DNA of 60,919 nucleotides from Bacteroidota bacterium (GTDB lineage Bacteria; Bacteroidota; Bacteroidia; Bacteroidales; CG2-30-32-10): contig JACAAW010000006.1 of assembly GCA_013377115.1 (NCBI GenBank), positions 1 to 60,919 of the forward strand, given 5' to 3'. This document shows positions 59,045 to 60,919 of this stretch, in pieces. Below the pieces are notes generated by a model, which had not been told where the DNA came from, ran no database searches, and saw only the letters and a program-made list of their open reading frames with translations. Every line of letters begins with the position of its first letter. Position 1 is the first letter of the stretch. The position numbers were made by a program, and so were the translations under genes.

Positions 59045-60577
59045 ATGAATTTAGATAATAATCCAAATATAAAAAATACTGAAGAATCTATTTCTTCTAG
59101 CTCCTTTCCTGTTTTCTTAGAACAACTTAAATCGAAAATGAAACAGGTTTTTCGAGAGTTAAATTCAACCGATCCATTCACAAAAAAACGTGGTGTTCCG
59201 GATTTAGTGCTCAGCGAAATAATGCCATTGGTGCCACTTTCAGTGGTCATACCAAAAGAATTTGGGGGAAGAGGTGGTAGAATTGAAGAAAATCTTTTAA
59301 TGACTTCTGCTGCGGCTTATGAATCTCTTGCTTTTTCATTGACCTTAGGAATAAATTCAGCACTTTTCTTACAACCAGTTATAAAATATGCCAAAACAGA
59401 AGTGAAAACCCAAGTTCTTAGCGGATTTATCAACGAGAAGAAAATGGGCGGCTTAATGATTACCGAACCTGATTTTGGAAGTGATGCATTGAATATGCAA
59501 ACTTATTTCACAAAGGAAAATGAGCATTATCATTTAAAAGGCACCAAACATTGGGCTGGTTTAACTGGTTTCGCTAATTATTGGCTGCTCACAGGACGAG
59601 AACAAACAAAAAGTGGTCAATTAAAGCGTGACATAGACTTTTTTATTTGTGATGTAAAAAGTCCTGGACAAGAAATCATTGTTGAAGAATATTTCGATAA
59701 TCTGGGTTTACACCACATTCCTTATGGAAGAAATATTATTGATGTAAAAATTCCAAAGCTTCAAAGATTAGAGCCAATAAGTTCTGGTATAAATGTTTTA
59801 CTTGATGTTCTTCATCGCAGCAGATTGCAGTTTCCAGCAATGGGCCTTGGTTTTATTCAGCGGATGATGGATGAAGCTATTGAACATACCAAACAACGAA
59901 ATATTGGAGGAAAATGTCTTGCTCATTATGATCAAGTTCAATATAGATTGGCAAGAATGCAAGCTTTCTACACCATTTGTTCATCAATGTGTTCCTATAG
60001 CAGCGAAAATGCTGGAATTGAAAATGATCTTTCTACCTGTGGTTTGGAAGGAAATTCGTTTAAATCATTCGCTACTGATATGATGCAGGAAGCTGCGCAA
60101 TCTCTTGTTCAGTTGGTTGGTGCAAAAGCATACCGATACAGCCATATTGGTGGAAGAGGAATTATTGATAGTCGTCCGTTCCAAATTTTCGAAGGTTCGA
60201 ATGATATGCTTTACGCTCAGATAACCGAAAGTTTGATGAAGCAGATGAAACAGGCAAAGGAACAAAACCTGTATTTGTTTTTAAAGAATTTTAGATTTAC
60301 AAAAAATGCGGCTTCATTGGTCAAAGAACAACTTATTTTCGATTTAAATCCTCAATTATCTCAGCGCAAAATGGTTGATTTGGGACAAATTATCAGTCGG
60401 ATTGTTGCCATGCAGATGGTTATTGAAATGGGTGAAAAGAACTATAGAAAGGACTTAATTAACAATGCGATTTCTATTTTACGAGCTGATATTTCAGGAA
60501 TAATGGGGCATTTTAAGCAAGTCGAAAAGGCGCAAATTATTGAAGATTATATGGAAAATTCATCTTGGGGGAGATAA
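59045..60577 (+). CDS. Acyl-CoA dehydrogenase family protein with C-terminal extension
   Basis: IPKEFGGRG, MITEPDFGSDA, LKGTKHW, QLVGAKAY, IFEGSNDML. Confidence 0.88.
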   Translation: MNLDNNPNIKNTEESISSSSFPVFLEQLKSKMKQVFRELNSTDPFTKKRGVPDLVLSEIMPLVPLSVVIPKEFGGRGGRIEENLLMTSAAAYESLAFSLTLGINSALFLQPVIKYAKTEVKTQVLSGFINEKKMGGLMITEPDFGSDALNMQTYFTKENEHYHLKGTKHWAGLTGFANYWLLTGREQTKSGQLKRDIDFFICDVKSPGQEIIVEEYFDNLGLHHIPYGRNIIDVKIPKLQRLEPISSGINVLLDVLHRSRLQFPAMGLGFIQRMMDEAIEHTKQRNIGGKCLAHYDQVQYRLARMQAFYTICSSMCSYSSENAGIENDLSTCGLEGNSFKSFATDMMQEAAQSLVQLVGAKAYRYSHIGGRGIIDSRPFQIFEGSNDMLYAQITESLMKQMKQAKEQNLYLFLKNFRFTKNAASLVKEQLIFDLNPQLSQRKMVDLGQIISRIVAMQMVIEMGEKNYRKDLINNAISILRADISGIMGHFKQVEKAQIIEDYMENSSWGR

Positions 60578-60678
60578 ATTTCAATAGTACCAACACTTTT
60601 TTTTGATTCTTTTTATTTTGCATAATCTTTTATGTATCTTTGTCGACCAATTCGATATACATTAAAATTTACCAAATT

Positions 60679-60919
60679 ATGGAACTTATGAAAAAATTCG
60701 AAGACATAGATTTGCTTTTCGAACAACAAAAAGATAATATTACCAATCCAGCTGCACTTACTGATCTTGTGAAGAATTTTGAATTCAGCATCGAGGAATT
60801 TAAAGATACATTAGAGTTTCCTGAAGATTTGCCTTATGGCCGAACTTTGGTTTTTCAGTCACCCAATTTTGAAGCCATTTTAATGAATTGGAAACCTCAA
60901 AAAGGGAGTAATATTCATA
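60679..60919 (+). CDS. Cysteine dioxygenase family (cupin) protein, partial, runs off the window
   Basis: Own translation MELMKKFED..PYGRTLVFQSPNFEAILMNWKPQKGSNIH matches the CDO Y.R.L..F...L..W....S.IH pattern; -7 box TATCTTTG 60635-60642; not in the ORF track. Confidence 0.75.
   Translation, partial: MELMKKFEDIDLLFEQQKDNITNPAALTDLVKNFEFSIEEFKDTLEFPEDLPYGRTLVFQSPNFEAILMNWKPQKGSNIH

Noticed and set aside
658-60265. The many 60-110 aa ORFs antisense to or overlapping long genes
   Set aside because: They are shadows of well-supported CDSs with no recognisable motifs.

Overview
This AT-rich, densely coding bacterial window is most likely from a Bacteroidota (Bacteroidia-like) chromosome. The basis is TAnnTTTG -7 promoter boxes, seven predicted T9SS cargo proteins, and the coaX-OMP-lptC-CBS and mlaE/mlaF-sprT-manC neighbourhoods. 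I see no rRNA, tRNA, CRISPR array, transposase or phage gene. Contents: (1) 1-15 kb, a peptidase-rich block (exported 14xWD40-caspase, M49, two M28, S46/DPP7, C1A); (2) 15-24 kb, an accessory signalling block including two Crp/Fnr regulator-palindrome-target cassettes with identical operator geometry; (3) 28.8-32.2 kb, a Cys/Pro-rich leader ORF, TonB-dependent receptor and HMA protein, where the end of the leader can base-pair over the receptor's initiation region (candidate metal-responsive translational switch, CruR/CutF-like); (4) 32-44 kb, housekeeping genes plus a 49-aa lipoprotein ORF missing from the ORF track; (5) 44-59 kb, T9SS cargo with two tandem paralog pairs, one with a homogenised C-terminal secretion domain, and a C2-like-motif protein. 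Small nested palindromic REP-like elements and an 8-nt periodic repeat occur in intergenic DNA. All calls come from motif recognition by eye; no searches or folding programs were run.
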